Shown piece after piece: positions 39,999 to 55,200 of a stretch of 64,000 bases of DNA. Made by a program: the position numbers and the translations under genes. Position 1 is the first letter of the stretch; each line of letters opens with the position of its first letter. The notes under the pieces are model-generated. The model was not told the origin of the DNA, made no database searches, and saw nothing but the letters and a program-made list of their open reading frames with translations. This DNA comes from Bugula neritina (lineage: Eukaryota; Animalia; Bryozoa): assembly GCA_964035545.1 (NCBI GenBank), contig OZ037770.1, positions 3,628,662 to 3,692,661 on the forward strand, in the 5' to 3' direction.

Positions 39999-40754
39999 CA
40001 CAGGATAGTTAAGGGCATCCTCAGCAAGAATATCATAAATTTCTCTCAAAATGTAGTTCAGGTTCTCGAATAATATTGCTCTGCGGGTGGCATGCGTGTT
40101 GCCTACTTGCAATTGTTTAGCCTAAGATTAAACTACAACCAATAAGCAGCAACCTTCATTAGGGCTGCGTCATCTATCAACATTCCATTATGGGTGCTAC
40201 ATACACAAAGTACCAAGCAAGCTATTCATTATAGCCTGCCAGCTAGCAAGCCTGTAATTATTATGTACGCGCCAATATCTTCTCATCCCTACGTGCTCAT
40301 TGAATCGTGAAGCACTGCGCGCTGCTAGTTTCTTATGAAAAAATATGACATTTTCAGTGTATAAATCACCAATTTATGAGCAATCTAGCAGAGTTATTGG
40401 AAAAAGAAAAAAATTTGCACTGGAGAAATATCTTAGGATTCCAGCAGTGCAATTTTTATTCAGATATCATGTTTTGCTGCTGAGATATTTTACTGGTACT
40501 GAAAAGTCAGCTTTTCTGGCAAAATTGGCCAAAATTGGGCAGTTTTTTGTCTATAACTTTGCAAAAAAAATGAAAATTGAAATTTCCAAAAAACTTACAC
40601 TGGGGAAAAAGAAGATCTACAACATAGTTTTTGAATTTTGACTCTAGCACAATTAGGTGAGATTTTATTTTACTGGTACTGAATTCTTATATGATTACAA
40701 TGCAAACCTCAGCAAGGCAGTTGCAGCTAAAAGGTTGCCCTTAACTATCCTGTG
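39999..40754. mobile_element. 756-bp non-autonomous TIR element with TA TSD
   Basis: TIR CACAGGATAGTTAAGGGCAWCC (21/22); TA at 39997-39998 and 40755-40756. Confidence 0.88.
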
Positions 40755-41179
40755 TACTTGCTTATATACAGAAATGTTTTCTTTGTTGACTTTACTAAAT
40801 AGCTATGCTTTGAATCAACATTTGTAAATTAGCTTTACTTTTTGGCTGCTTAAATTTTTTGTGTATTTCTTATGACCTGTTGCTATCTATAATTTTTGCA
40901 TTAGCTCCAATATGAATTTGTTTATCTACTTATTTAGCCACATTTTTTATATTTAATTTATTTTAGCTCATTTAAATTGCCAAATAAGTCTTTATATTAG
41001 GTTGCACATGTTTTTTTAGTAACAATTATTTTTTGTAATTATTGCTCTTTACTTTTAAACAATAAAGTTATCAACACACAACATAAAACTTCCACTTGTA
41101 TATATTATACTGCTATATATATTTTAATATAGCAATGGTTATGTAAACCTTGCCAAATAATTATAATATAACCTAAATT

Positions 41180-41662
41180 TGCAATGCTGCATAGAGTTTA
41201 TACAACATTATAATAACATTTATGAAAAGTTGTTTATAGAACTTTTAGATAAAAAGGCTAAATAACATCTACATTTAAACATCTAGATAACGCTTGCTTT
41301 GCAACATTATAAAAACGTTGCCGAAGCAATGTTATGGCAAGGTTTGTATGACTTGTTTATGAAACGTTGGTAAAATAGTTTGCAGAAAACGTTGTTGCCT
41401 AAACGTTGTGCGAGACAAAGAGATACATTTAAATTTAAACATTTACGCAATGTTGGATCGCAACCTTTCACCAACGTTGTATGAAAAACATCTACACAAC
41501 GTTATGCAACGCAACGTTTATGAAAGGTTGGTAAAACGTTTTGCGATAAACGTTTGTTTCAAACGTTGTATATAGTACAAAAATGTGTCGACATTTAAAC
41601 ATTTAATAAACGTTTTTTCCAACGTTTATACAACGTCATATCAATGTAAATTGTTAGTGGGG
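41180..41662. repeat. Right subterminal array (AACGTT motif)
   Basis: Same motif as 22745-23660. Confidence 0.9.
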
Positions 41663-41858
41663 AGGCAGTAGCAAACTGACTGCTACTAAGCATCACTATT
41701 GTATTTATGTTTGTAAGATTGTCGTATTGGAGCGCACTGACAATTATTTACAAAGAAACTTACGCTAATGGCAAAGATATTCTCTCAAAAAATTAAATTG
41801 TTAATTTGAGACACTAATTATACTGGTTACATATCAACATATAAACAACAATATATAT

Positions 41859-41866
41859 TCTATAAG
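41859..41866. repeat. Left 8-bp target-site duplication TCTATAAG
   Basis: Identical to 62185-62192, immediately followed by the terminal CAG. Confidence 0.88.
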
Positions 41867-44800
41867 CAGTATATATTTTCCTAGAATGTTGTTTAGAGAC
41901 ATAAAAAAACTGCCTATGCACAACATACTTTGCATCTGTTTAGTATCTCGTAATTAGACATAAAAAAATCAAAGCCAATTATAAGGCAAAAGACCATAAT
42001 ACTGTACTATCATTGGATAGTTCTTCATCAATAAACAGGTAGTTGCCAGTGGTGGATATGAACCCCTCCTAGATGTTTCTCGTACTTCTTCCTCAAAAAA
42101 CATTTTCATTAAGCCAAAAAGAAATAACAATACACCTTTTTAGTTGACACTTTTTAATTTCTGATTGATATTTCACCTTATTTCCAATTATAATTAACTT
42201 TTAACCGGCACTTTTCTTTGTAGTAATTCCTACCCTTTAGACTGTGTACTTTGAAATGAGTCTGTTTTACTCGCTACATAAAGTATAGTTGCACTGGCTA
42301 CAGGTTGACACAAAAGCAAGCCTATCTTGATAAAATCAAGCGCAAATGTAGAAACAACCGAGGAGTTTGTTCCTCATAATTAGAAATTGACAAATTATTT
42401 TTAATCCGTTTAAAAGCATCTGGTTAGGGAAGCATATGCCGTGTTCAATTTGTTATTCTAGCATTAACAATAACAGAATGCAATAATTATAAGTTTATGA
42501 AAGTAATTTGTTTTCTTTCTAATTACAAATATAATATTTTAGTATATATTGTAAATTTATAAGGCTTGCATTAGGAATAACGCAGCTAAAACATCATTTT
42601 CCTTAAAGTCTTAAAAATATATAAGTATAACATAATACACTATGCCAATAAACTTATTAAAGTACCAAGCAAGCTTAGCTAGTTTAAGAAAAATTCCACT
42701 AGGTAAATTCCCATTATTTATAGAATGCTTGCTGATATTAGCTTTTGATGGAATTAAAGTAAATTATTATTTATCTTTCTAGCTAAGGATTTCTTGCCGT
42801 AAGTTTTGCTTTTATGCATGGAGAAATGTCGTAACAAACGAGTTAAATTTTTATAGCACATAAAAATGTAATCTATAAGTCGAAGATATTTAAACTTAGC
42901 CATTAACTCATTTTAATTAGAAATGTAGCCTAAATCTAATACAATACAAAATATATACCAGTATATATAATATATTTTTACCATGCTGTTAATTACAGTA
43001 TTTGTAAAACAAATTTTATGCTCATTAATTAAATGCAACAAATATTTATAAAATACTAATAATGTTGAATAAATAAATTCAATAATTCCTTTTCTATTTA
43101 AATGGCTGCATAATTTCTTGCAAGGTTGTATAAAGGAGTTGTGGCCTACAACTTATTATGTGTTCAATTGCCACATATGTCTTAGGAAGAAGAAAACTCC
43201 CCAAAAATTCTTGGTTTGAAAATTCTAGTATAATTAAAATCACTTAATATGTGTCTTTGAAATGCATTTTGCCACTCTGCAAAATTGCAGGAACAAATAT
43301 TGCGTGAAGTAATAAATGATTTATGAAGTAATTAACAAACCAATGTAAAAACTGTTGTTGTATATAGAACACAACATATTGATTTTCTTCAATTTCCACA
43401 TCAAATCTATTATATATTCAATTATATCTAACCAATGCTAATAAACTAAACATGCATGCATACAAATATTTGCATCATATGCAAGTAATATTAGCTAATT
43501 AGCAACTATAGCATTTTTTTCATTATCTTTATTGCTTGCATATGTCTAAGTATTATGAAAATAAGGTTTTTATTTGCAACTTTGCACCACAAATTACATA
43601 AAATCTAAAAACTTGAGTTGTGACAAGCATTAGGGCTACCTATACACAAATAGACCTTCATAAAACTCTCAATGATTTTATTCAACTCATGTATGCAAAA
43701 GTTTTGCATTAAAACAATTCTTCTAAATCACCCTAGAGCAGGAAATTATTACAAAAACAGCTTCTCATATATAATCTTTCTCCAGATTAATTTTTTTTCC
43801 TGTATTTAAACTAACTTAGCAAGTGAAGATTGTGATATCACTCAGGTAATCACATATATATTATTCATAGCTGTAATACTTTAGCAATGAATAGATCATG
43901 TTTAATTTCCACTCTACCTAGCAGTTTTTCAGAATTATAGAGCTATGTATATCGTGAAATTGGAATAGCCTAATAGTTTTACATGTGTTTATAGCTAGAC
44001 AAATTAACTTAAAAAGCTTACAATAATTAGATGATATTTGCATTCTTTTGAAGGTTATGCTGAAGCTACTGCAAAACTGGCCATTAGTTTAGCATAATAT
44101 GCAATGCCATGCAAAAGCATGCCAAACAAGCAATGTTTATTTACCTTACCAGTGCAATTTTATCACCTTAAACACAAAAGCAAGTATAAAATACACATCC
44201 ATATTAGATTAACTGTCAAGTTAAAAAAAGACAACATATATTCATGAGCTGGTTCTGTTTGCACAAGTACAATTTAGACTAGCTTATTATTTAGATTGCC
44301 ACAAAAATATGACGTAAATTATGTCTTTAATCATTATTTTGATATTCACTGGTTGAAGATATTTTTTATATCCTAATATGTAAATATTGTACATAAATCT
44401 TAAAAATTAACTAGGTGAATAAGGAAAACTGCTAATTTTATGAAACTGTTATGTTAATAAAGACAATGGCTATCAACAAATCCCACCAGACCACAAACTA
44501 ATTGTAAATACTAAAGCAATTATATAGTGCTATGTGTTGATCTAGCCTAGTCAATACACCACAAATATGTATTATGACATACCACATTTTAAGTACTGGG
44601 TTACAATCTATTCTAATGGGTATTTGTTTAAACTGTTATATACAGCTTTTTGCACTACCAATATACAAGCCAGTTGTTATTCTGTCACTTTTTATCTACA
44701 TCTCTTTTTAATGCCAGTTACTTGTTAGCTTCAGTACAAACAGCTAAACATTCTACTCTACAGCCAATCTTACTGTTAACTCTTGTTTAACAATATTACA

Positions 44801-46543
44801 AGAATCTAAAAATTTGAGTGTGTTTTAAGTATAATATTCTATCATTATAACTTTTAAATGAAACAATAATATGATAAATGCATTATAACTTTCAGAAAAG
44901 TTTGTTTGCAAAGTATATGTTTTTGGAAAATAGTTTTACAACATTTGCTAGGAGCATTATATTTATTCCTATCTAAAATAATTTTGTTTGAACTGATATG
45001 TTTGTAATCATGTAATCAGAAGTAAAGCATCAGTAAAATGAGTATAAGTAGAAGCTTGACAGCTACATTAGGCATTGCTACATAGTACATAAATATATGG
45101 CCGTATTAAATACTTAGCTGCATTCACAGATAAATGCATGGCTTGGAATTACAATACTATGAATACATTATTTATTTAGCTGGGTAACTATACAATTATG
45201 CCAAAGTGAAAAGCTTTTGGTTATTAATGCCTGAAATGTCTAACAATCTACTTGGGAGACCACCTTGTTGTTACAGAGTGAATGAGTTATTTGTTTGGCA
45301 TTTGGATGATGGCACAAAGAAAGGCTATTTGGTTTGTTACTTGAGACTAGTAGCAAACTGCTACAGTCATAGCATCTTAGAAGATTTTGCATCACTTGCT
45401 AGAATTGTACATTATTTTAATGTAGCTATTGAAATTAATATCTCACTGAAAACACAGTATTGCAAAATCTTAAGCTGTACATAATTATATTATGCATCAA
45501 AAAGTACTTCTGCTACAGGTTTATTTTAAACTAGCACTGCCAAAGTGCCTTGACTCTATTACAGTGTTTACTAGCTAATTTTGTTCTTCTCAATAGTGAA
45601 ATAGATCTATTGCAAGAAATTAATGACTAGATATAACAATAATGATTTTTAGGCAAGACTTTCGCATCTATATTGCTCATCTGCTAGCTTGAAATACCCC
45701 TCTCCTTGGACTAATCTCAGGCTTTTCATTGTTGTTTAAACAGTTTTTAAACTCCTATTTCAATAAATCATTACCAACACTGCCTGCATGTATTAATATT
45801 CATTAGTGCCATCAATGCACTGTGGAGACAGCACCTGATGTTCTGTATATTACATTATAGTACAGAGATACTAAATCCAAAACATCTAGAATAATTGATG
45901 CTTCTACCAGATTTTTAGCACACCTATAATATGTATTCCTGTAGTAAATATTAATAAGATGTTTTAACTGATAGTTTTTATGCCATTATAATAGTTTGAT
46001 ACTATAACTACAACTTGAAACTCTTTAACCAGCACATTGGTTAGTAATATTGCTTCTTGATATTTAATTGCTGGTTCACAAACTATCAATAATAGGGATG
46101 CATATCAAAACTTGACTGCATTCATAATATGATTTTAATGCTAGGTAATGACTAAGCATGTCTGGCTGATATGAGGTGACTATTTTGTACACTGTTTAAC
46201 AACATCAGCTTTTGGGTTCATTTAAAGCATCTGCAAATCTGTATTATACATAATTACCGTTAGGGCCAATTAATTAAATTGTTAACCCTGAAATGCTTTT
46301 TACACTGTAATACTAAGTAGTAAAAGATATGTATATATATATAAACTGATTGTAATTTATACATAACATTGTACATTTAAAAAAAATCACAAAATACATA
46401 ATTTATTAGCTAAATTTCAAGGCGTTTTGTAGGTAGTGGGTTAATGTCAATAAAGTAGAATCCGGGAAGTTGAGTAGCTTTATTCAAGAGGAAGGCTCTC
46501 CAACAGTTCTACCAAAGCCTAAATAACATGTATAAAATAAAGG

Positions 46544-46741
46544 TTATATGCACAATTTTTTTTCCAAAACAGCCTGCAACTGTTTTGCTATTGCATATGC
46601 CCTATGCCATTCATCAAGTAGAACAATTTTAACCAGGATATCTAGAAAAGTTGACACAAGGGCTTTATAAACCATGTAACAGTAAAACTGTGAGTAGAAA
46701 TTAATTGACACTAATGAATAATGCTTTAGGTGCTGAAACAA
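46544..46741 (-). pseudogene. Ulp1/SUMO-protease-like exon remnant, copy 2
   Basis: ORF-track peptide HLKHYSLVSINFYSQFYCY...DEWHRAYAIAKQ; a copy-specific ~50-bp deletion removes the upstream part. Confidence 0.45.
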
Positions 46742-46864
46742 ATCAACAGCATTATATACAATTGGGGCACATACATGAAAACAGCAGCTAGTGTCAATTT
46801 CTTAAGACAGCACTATTTTAGGTATAAATTTAAGAAGTATTAGAAAATGCAAAAATTTACTGCA

Positions 46865-47270
46865 ATTGGTTCATTTTATTTAAGTTAGTACATACTGAAG
46901 ATCTCAAGTTTTTGCTAATGAACATGAGTTTTGGCCCGAAACTAAAAAAATATCAATAAATACACCTAAATAATCAAGGCTCTTTTTAATTTTCTTTGAT
47001 TTCCTATGCTTTTTTTCTAATTACAGCAACTTCTGACTGGGGATCGCCACGGTTAGTTTGTAACAGTAGGCAATCCAAATGAAATGAATAAATAGGAAAA
47101 AACATGAGAAATCATGCAAAATTAAGAAGAATCTTGATTATTTAGGTGTATTTCTTGATGTCTCACTAATTTTAAGCAAAAAGCATTGTTCATTAGCAGC
47201 TAAAATGTAAAAATGGCTAAAAACTGCAGATTTCCAGTGTGTACTAAATTAAATAAAAGGACTCAATCAC
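46865..47270. mobile_element. Fold-back/MITE-like palindrome inside copy 2
   Basis: Duplicate of 1710-2110. Confidence 0.7.
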
Positions 47271-49329
47271 TTTTGCAACATAATTCAATAATTGCATGGT
47301 CAAGCAGAATAAACTACAATTAACAGCAACAACAGTGTAATAGTTGCGTAGAAAAGTTGTACTGCAAAAAACTAAAAGAATGCAAAATCTATAAATGTGT
47401 GCTACCAAGTAAATGCTGAACAGACATCATGAAATAGTGTACGAAATACAAACTATTAAACTTACCTGTTGATCTAATGCAGCCAAAACCTTAAGCTTAG
47501 AGTAGTGGAATGGTGCTGTTCGATGTTGATATGCTACAAGTAGCTAAGATGACTCAAATTCTTGCCTTTAGGAGTAAGAGGCCTCAGCTCAGTTTCAACA
47601 AAACTTCCAATAATCTCAACGGATGCGCTCAATTAGGAGCCACAACAAAGCACACCCATGTCATTTTAGTAAACTCTAAAAAATGAACGGAAATAAAACT
47701 GTTAGAGAGTAAACAGAGAAACATATAGTGATGGGGGAAAAACCTGTCAGCAAAGGTTATATACACTCATAGCCATAACACGAAGAAAAAGATAATGAAT
47801 AACAACCTATTCAAGATGACACAAGAAACCAAACAAATTTCTTTGACTAAAAAATATAATTAAATACTATATTACTTGGCAAAAAATATTTGTTTTGAAC
47901 AACGTATTATTGGGAAGAATTGCCAGTGTCTTAAATTTTGAGATTAAAGTTTCTGCCTTATAGCGGAAATAGAGAGGCAATCAATAGTGTACAAAACATG
48001 TTTTCAGTCATTGGCTGTTGACTAAATTGACAAAGTTAAAGAAAGCTTCCATATCATTATTTATTTTGTTCTCAAGTGTGTGGTTACAGTTTCATGAGTC
48101 AGAAATATAATTATTTGAGATATGAAATCAAATGTAGTCAAAAGAGTGTCATACAATTTAAAATGTAGTAATAGAGCTTTGACAATAATTTCTTCTGCTA
48201 AGTAAAACAGGTACCATTATGTGCTACTTATCTTTTAGAGATGAACATCAAGGATGTTGAAAACAAAATAGTTGTAAATTACAGCAAATACCTTTCTACT
48301 TACCTAACCAGAGAAAATAAGTTTTCAACCTTGCATGCACTCAGCTGGTTTTCAATGTTTGGATCAGTGACATCTTTATAACTGATAGCAGCATTATGTG
48401 ATAGCTTTAGGAATTGTTACCTTAAATCTAAATTATATAGAACAAGAAGTGCAAAAATATGGCATTAGTACTCATTGCACAATACACACTTGCTAGAGTA
48501 GCTAATCTAGCATCACATTAATTTAAGAAAGACAAAATTTTATTACTGTTCACACATGATGAATATTAAAATTTGAATAATTAGACAAATTAACAATGAT
48601 ATTGATGTTAGTTCAAACATTACTAATGGTAAACACCAAAATACTAATAGGAATAGTCATGTTAACATCAATTAGAAAAGTAAAGATAATTTGAAAATGA
48701 GACAGTTTATAGGTCTAACTCTTATAGTTGACAAGCAATTACAGGGCAGTCATATTGATGTAGGCTACCCTCAAAATGTAGCACTTTGAAAATATTAAAA
48801 AGACAGCACATATAAGAACATAATCTTAAAAATAGGCATATGTGACACCTATATTTTGATTAACAAAGAAATCTTCTTTACTTTATTAATCTAGCTCATA
48901 TAATGGTATTCTGTCTTAGTATGTTATTTTAATACTTGAAATCTAATCAGCTACAGAAAAGTACTTCAATTCAAAGGCCTTCATAATTATTATTTAGTTT
49001 GCTATTTAAATAGACAGTAAGGTTGATGAATAAAATAAAAGTTAGTAAAGTAAAAACTAAATAAATTGAGAATAATATCTCCACTCTAAGGTTATAATCA
49101 TTATAAATTAACATTTTAATACTCCTGTTATCCTTAGGTATAGTTGTTAGCAATTTAACTATGAGCTCAAAGCCAAATGTCAGTATCAGCATCCCCATTA
49201 CATTGACTAAGACTGACTTTATAACCCTCAAGCTGTGGCACTCAATTTCTATAAATAGTAACTAATAACAAATATAAAATTATTTATTTGCTGCTGATAG
49301 TGATAATAATAATAATTAAAAATAATAAT

Positions 49330-52218
49330 ATGATCCATTAAAATAGAACTAATAAAGCCAACGACGTTAATGGTATGTCTAACTAAACATGGCATGTCTC
49401 GTCTGGCAGTGGGTATGTGGAGGGCCAGGCAACCTACGGCCGTCAACCCGTTAATGGCACAACTAGAAGAAGATACTCAAGAGAAGACAACAAAGTTGTC
49501 ATGAAATGCTGCTTCAAAAGTACACCCAAATTGAGAGGTTATAGAAAAACAATGTATGAGCTCTGTAGACCCGGATCAAAGAATTATTTAAAAAGAATGT
49601 GCAAACGCTGGAAAACAGAGGAGAGTTTAACATCAGCGAATAGAGACTAGCGGATTAAGCAAGAACTATGAAGAAACACAAGCATTTTATGGAAGAAGAA
49701 CTCCATAAGATTGAAGAAGGAACCTTGCAAGAACTAGGCACATCAACTGGTGAAGAAGATAATGAAGAGCTAAATTTGCAAATAGAGGATGTTATAGTAC
49801 AACATGAGATAGCATATAAATCAGCCATGAGAATTTTAAGAGTACCTAGTTCAGAGGTAGAAAAAGTGTTAGTAGAAAAATTATAAATGAGCATAACAAA
49901 CTATCTAATGATCGACCAACACTAAGAGCCCTTAGGCACATTGAGAGGGTCAAATTACTATAGGCAGTAAAACAGATTAATGATGTGCTAAACTGTGTTG
50001 AGATTATTAATACCATTGAGCTTAATAACACCACCATGGCTTGTGCGAAAAATAGTAACAGAACAAGTGTGTAACAAAAAGGAAAAAGAAAAACTGACAA
50101 TGTACAAGTATGGAAAATACAACTGCAGAAGAAATAAAAAGAAATTAGATCAGACTTAAGTAAAATACCAGAGTGAAAAAGTAGAGCTTACAATGATTCA
50201 TTGAGAAGAATGGTTGAAGAAAAATATAGGATAAAGAACAAAGAGTGTGGTGTAGTGATTGAAAAACTGAAGCAAAACCTGAGAGCTGTAAGCCAGAAGA
50301 TAAACAGATATACAGAATGAGTTGATCAATATAATCAGAACACAATGTTTACAATGATAAGCGCTTTTATCAAGAATTACGAGGAAATGAATACGTACAT
50401 CTAAAGAGGCACCTGACACGAAAATCAAAAGCATTCTGATAAAATATATGGGGTCAGCCAACTAAAAATAATACCAATGCAGAATGACTAAATAAAGTTA
50501 GCAACAAATTGGAGCATATGTAAAGACAAGGAAATTAAATCTTAGAAACGATGCAAACAACTGGAATAGCAATTAATGTCATAAGGTTGATAAGAAAAAG
50601 CATGAAACCTGGAAAACACAACTGACATACCTGGAAGAAAAGATAGGAGAAATAAAGATCAAACTAAGAATTTTCCAAGGAGACTCTACCTCTATCCCTT
50701 TTCTCCAACTACCGATTCGCATGACAGAAGCGGCTCAATGATGCAAATTTCGACGAGACAGAAAACAAACCATCTCCTATATGTGGATGACCTGAAGGTA
50801 AATAGGAAATCAAAGTGGGAACTGGAAGCTTTGGTAAACACTGCCGGGATTTTCACAAGGAATATAGAAATGAAATTTGGATTAAAAAATGTGCCACACT
50901 GGTTATGAGAAAGGGAAAGAAAATTAAGGACACAGGAATCAGTTTGCCTGATGAACAGGTAATCAAAAATCTGGGTGAGAAGCTGTATAAATATCTAGGA
51001 GTTCTTGAGATTGATGGAATACAAATATATGAAATGAAAAATAAGATCAAGGAGTACTACAAACAAATAAGAAAAGTTCTGGATTCAAAACTGAATGGTG
51101 AGAACACAATCAAAGCAATAAACACATGGGCAGTAACAGCAGTGCATTACACAGCTAGAATACTTGACTGAACTGTTTCATGAGCTAAAAAATATAGACT
51201 GAAAGACAAGGAAGCTAATGACAACAAACCGTGCACCCTATCCGAGAGCAGATGTAGGCAGGCTGTATTTTTGCAGAAGGGAAGGCGGTAGAAGAATGTT
51301 GTCAACTGAAAAATGCATAAAGATTGAAAACTGCAGCATGTCAGACTACTTAAATATAACATAGACTGATAGAAACACCACACTGAATACCTTCCTAAAA
51401 GACAGAACAGCGGTAGAACTAAATAATGATAAAGTGATAGAAAGAACTGATGAGTGTAAAGAAAAGCTTCACGTGGTCAATACATCAAAATGGTAGAAGA
51501 CATGAAAGCATTTTCCTGGAACTGGTTGAAGTATGGTTGGCTGAAAAAAGAAACAGAAGGACTGCTGACAGCTGCGCAAAATCAACTATTCACTACTAGA
51601 AATTATAAAGTGGCTAGGATGAGAGAACAGGGTAGCAAGAAGTGTGGAATGTGTAACGCAAGAGACAAAACTTCGATGCACGTATTGAGTGAGTTTGAGA
51701 AGGTAGCAGAAGGAGAATATAAGAAAAAACACAACCTTTTGGCATTGATAATTTCAATAGTAGTTGTGTGAACTTCGTGGGTTTCAGAAAAGTAAGAATT
51801 GGTACGGCCATCAAGCAGAATAAGTACTGGAAAATGATAATGTGAAAACCTTGTAAGATTTTAACATACACACTGACGTAGTCATCAAAGTTAGGAGACC
51901 CGATATATTAGTAGTTGACAAGCATAATGCTGAAACAACGATAATTGATATCACAGTCCCTGTTATTGGAAAACATCAAAAAAGTCATCCCGTTGTAACT
52001 GGAGCCTTTGGAGCTTTATACAAGATTGTAGACTGGCTGACACTACTTGGAGTAGCTGAAAACAAATGCTCATTAATTCAGCAGACACCCTTACTAGGAT
52101 CAGGATAAGCTCACATCCTGAGGAAAGTTCTATCCATTTCAGCCTAGTATAACTAGGCCAATGGTAAAAGGTTACACCAGCTAAAAAACTACGGTCAATC
52201 AACAATAATAATAATAAT
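49330..52218 (+). mobile_element. R4/Dong-clade non-LTR retrotransposon, decayed, nested in copy 2
   Basis: Same element as 4168-7114 (KCATLVMRKGK, YKYLGVLE, LNGENTIKAINTWAV); extra ~70-bp deletion in the RLE at ~51964. Confidence 0.88.
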
Positions 52219-55200
52219 AGTGCAGTTGGTTCTATTATTAGATTAGCATATCGATTATGACTTTTCGATTGCCACCCTGATACTATGAGTAAAATGTACA
52301 AGCATACGTGAAAGTATAGATATGATCATAAGTATAAAAATAGGTATAAGTATAAATATAAATATAGGTACAAGTATAAAACGAATGATTATATTATTAA
52401 TAATATTAGTCAGTGATACCTATAACCGTAATGGTTTTTAGACTTACAGTTATCATTAACATTAGCTGAGTAATATGATTAGTTAAAATAATGGTATTCA
52501 TTATTATATCATAGTTATAAGTTATAACTCTAGTCTCTAAAGAGCAACAGCAAGTGTAATTGGGATATTCATATTAAATTTCATATTCACATAGTGAAAT
52601 GTTTATGTTATGAACTAATTTATTCCTTCAACATTTAACTATAAATATGATTAACACTAACTTTGACCAGCAGTATTACTAAAAGAAGCGTATTACAAAT
52701 ATAAGATAATAAAATTCTAGTAGTAGGACTAATAGTATTACTAGGTCCAGTATTATTCTTGTTATCTTATTCATCATTCATGAGTTATCAAATTTAAAAT
52801 TACTACTTATTAGCATCAGCATATAAAAAGTAAGATCATTAGGAATAATTATCATGAGGTATGATCTATGATTTGCATTATCCATATATAGTTTAATATC
52901 AATATGATATATTATTATTGCTGATAGTCTATGTTATAGTTAAATTTATACTTATCTTTACAGTTACCTATAGTAGCACTTATTAGTTATTTGTGGTAGC
53001 CAAACTAATGTTTAATATTAATAAATTAAACTGAGTATCATAAAAGTGTTACTAAGAATTTTAATTATAATCGTAATGGTGATCATATTACTTTATTATA
53101 ATTATTATATTTTATCATTAATGCTAAACTGAGTTAATGTATATACTTTGAGTTTTACTATTACTCATTATATTTACACTTATAGTAAAACTAAATATGT
53201 AAAAGTTATACTTATACTATTATTATTCGTATTTCATTAGACTTACATCTAAGATCGCAGTCCTATTACTACTACCACTGATACTAGTACTACAACTAGT
53301 ACTAGTACTGCTACTAGTACTAGTACTACTACTACTACTAATAGTACTGTTACTACTACTACTACTAGTACTACTACTAGGTCTACTACTGTACCAGTAC
53401 AACTACAAACTTTGAAAATAACTGCAAGAAAGGTATGACTTACTCTTTTTCTTAGTCTTACTGTGACTCTCAGTCGTAATGTAAAATAAAATTGTAAACT
53501 GTAAAGTTAAACCCAAGGCTGAAATTTATTTAATTAAATTTAGACAATCTGAATCATTGGCTCAATCCTTGAGTTTGACTATTACTATTATTATTAGTCT
53601 TACGATTGTGATTATCATTGGCATTATGCCATTATGATTATCATTATGATTGTAATTGTGGTAATTCTAACATTAATTATAATCATAAATTAAAAGGTAA
53701 TGATTAATGATAATTATTTTCATTTTGTAATCATAATGATAATCATAATGATGTAAATTTTGATGTAAAACCAAAATACTAAAACTAAAAGTAAAGGTTA
53801 TAAAATTAAATGATAAAATATTTTAATGATAATTATTATATTTATTATATTATTATTGAATATATTATTTCATTAGAAAATAGGTTGCAGCTTAGCATGA
53901 TTAAAATTCAGTAAAAATTAGTTTACCAACAGCAAACATGCATGCGTCTTGTCAACATTCAATTCGTAGTGTCATAGCGAAGCCAGATTACTGGTAGTAC
54001 GACTACTAGAACTACTACTACTAGTGATGGATTACAGATCCTTGGCGATTTTAGCTGTGAGTGACCTTCACCTCACATTCTCGTCATGTGCGCGGCATTA
54101 GACTAAGTAGAGGGTATGAAGCACTGAGCTGGAAAAGAAAGAATATATTTTAATTATAGGTAATACTAATAGTAATATAATTTATGGTAATATATAGGTA
54201 ATGTTATTGAGTTCATTGGTATGGAGTATAGACCTATCACTGATAGTATCAGTATCAACTACCACTTACGTACTACTTCAACTTATAACTTACCTTCAAC
54301 TCAAACTCAAACTGAAACTGCTTGGAATCATTTGTCTTTGATCATATTGGCATTGTCATTGTGATTGTAATAACTATTAATATTTTTAGTTCAACATCAA
54401 TGCCGAACATATTGTAATAACTAATAAGATAATCATAAGGCTGATATATTTTGCTAATACTAATACTAATACTAATAGTTATAGTAATAGTTATAGTAAT
54501 TCAGTGTCACTCTCACTCTGGTGGAGTGAGACTCAGACTTAGAGTTAGAGACAGAGTGAGTCCGAGTAAGTCTGAGTGTTGGTAATAGTAATAGTCATAT
54601 AAATTTAAATTATATTTACTTATTTCTAGCAATCACAATGGCAATAGTTATAGTAACTTTCACTTACTCTTAAATCATTGAACCTGAACTAAAAGTAAAA
54701 TTAAGCATTATGATTATCATTATGATTATACCTATGATTTTATTATGTTTAACTTAAAAATCAATATCATGATAATATCATAGTGATAGACATATTATTG
54801 ATAAATGATAATATAAAAGTAATTTGATAAATTATACATTGATTTTGAATTAAGGTGATACGGATACTAGACCGGTACTGAAAGTGATAGTAATACTAAT
54901 AGTAATATGAATTTAAGTTATATTTACTCATTACCGGCAATCACAATGGCAATAGTAACTTAAACTGTAACAGTAATGGTATGGGTATGTTTGAAATTGT
55001 CACTATCAGTATTGCTATGAATCAAAATATAATGCTATCATACCAATAATTTAAAATAGTATTACAAAGCTTCAGTAGCAACTTTTACTTGTACCAGTTT
55101 GGAATTTTGAATTATACATATTCTTAGTTAAAGTCTTCAAGTTTATTGTCAAAATGAACTTGAAATTAAAGACTTAGTAGTAAAAATTAAACTAAGACTG

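Larger units (their letters stand above)
22745..41662. mobile_element. Giant (18,918 bp) EnSpm/CACTA-like element, non-autonomous or decayed
   Basis: Left end CCCAACTAACAA and right end TTGTTAGTGGGG (11/12 inverted match); 2-bp TSD AG at 22743-22744 and 41663-41664; AACGTT-type subterminal arrays at both ends. CCC termini with a 2-bp TSD are typical of animal EnSpm. Confidence 0.75.
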
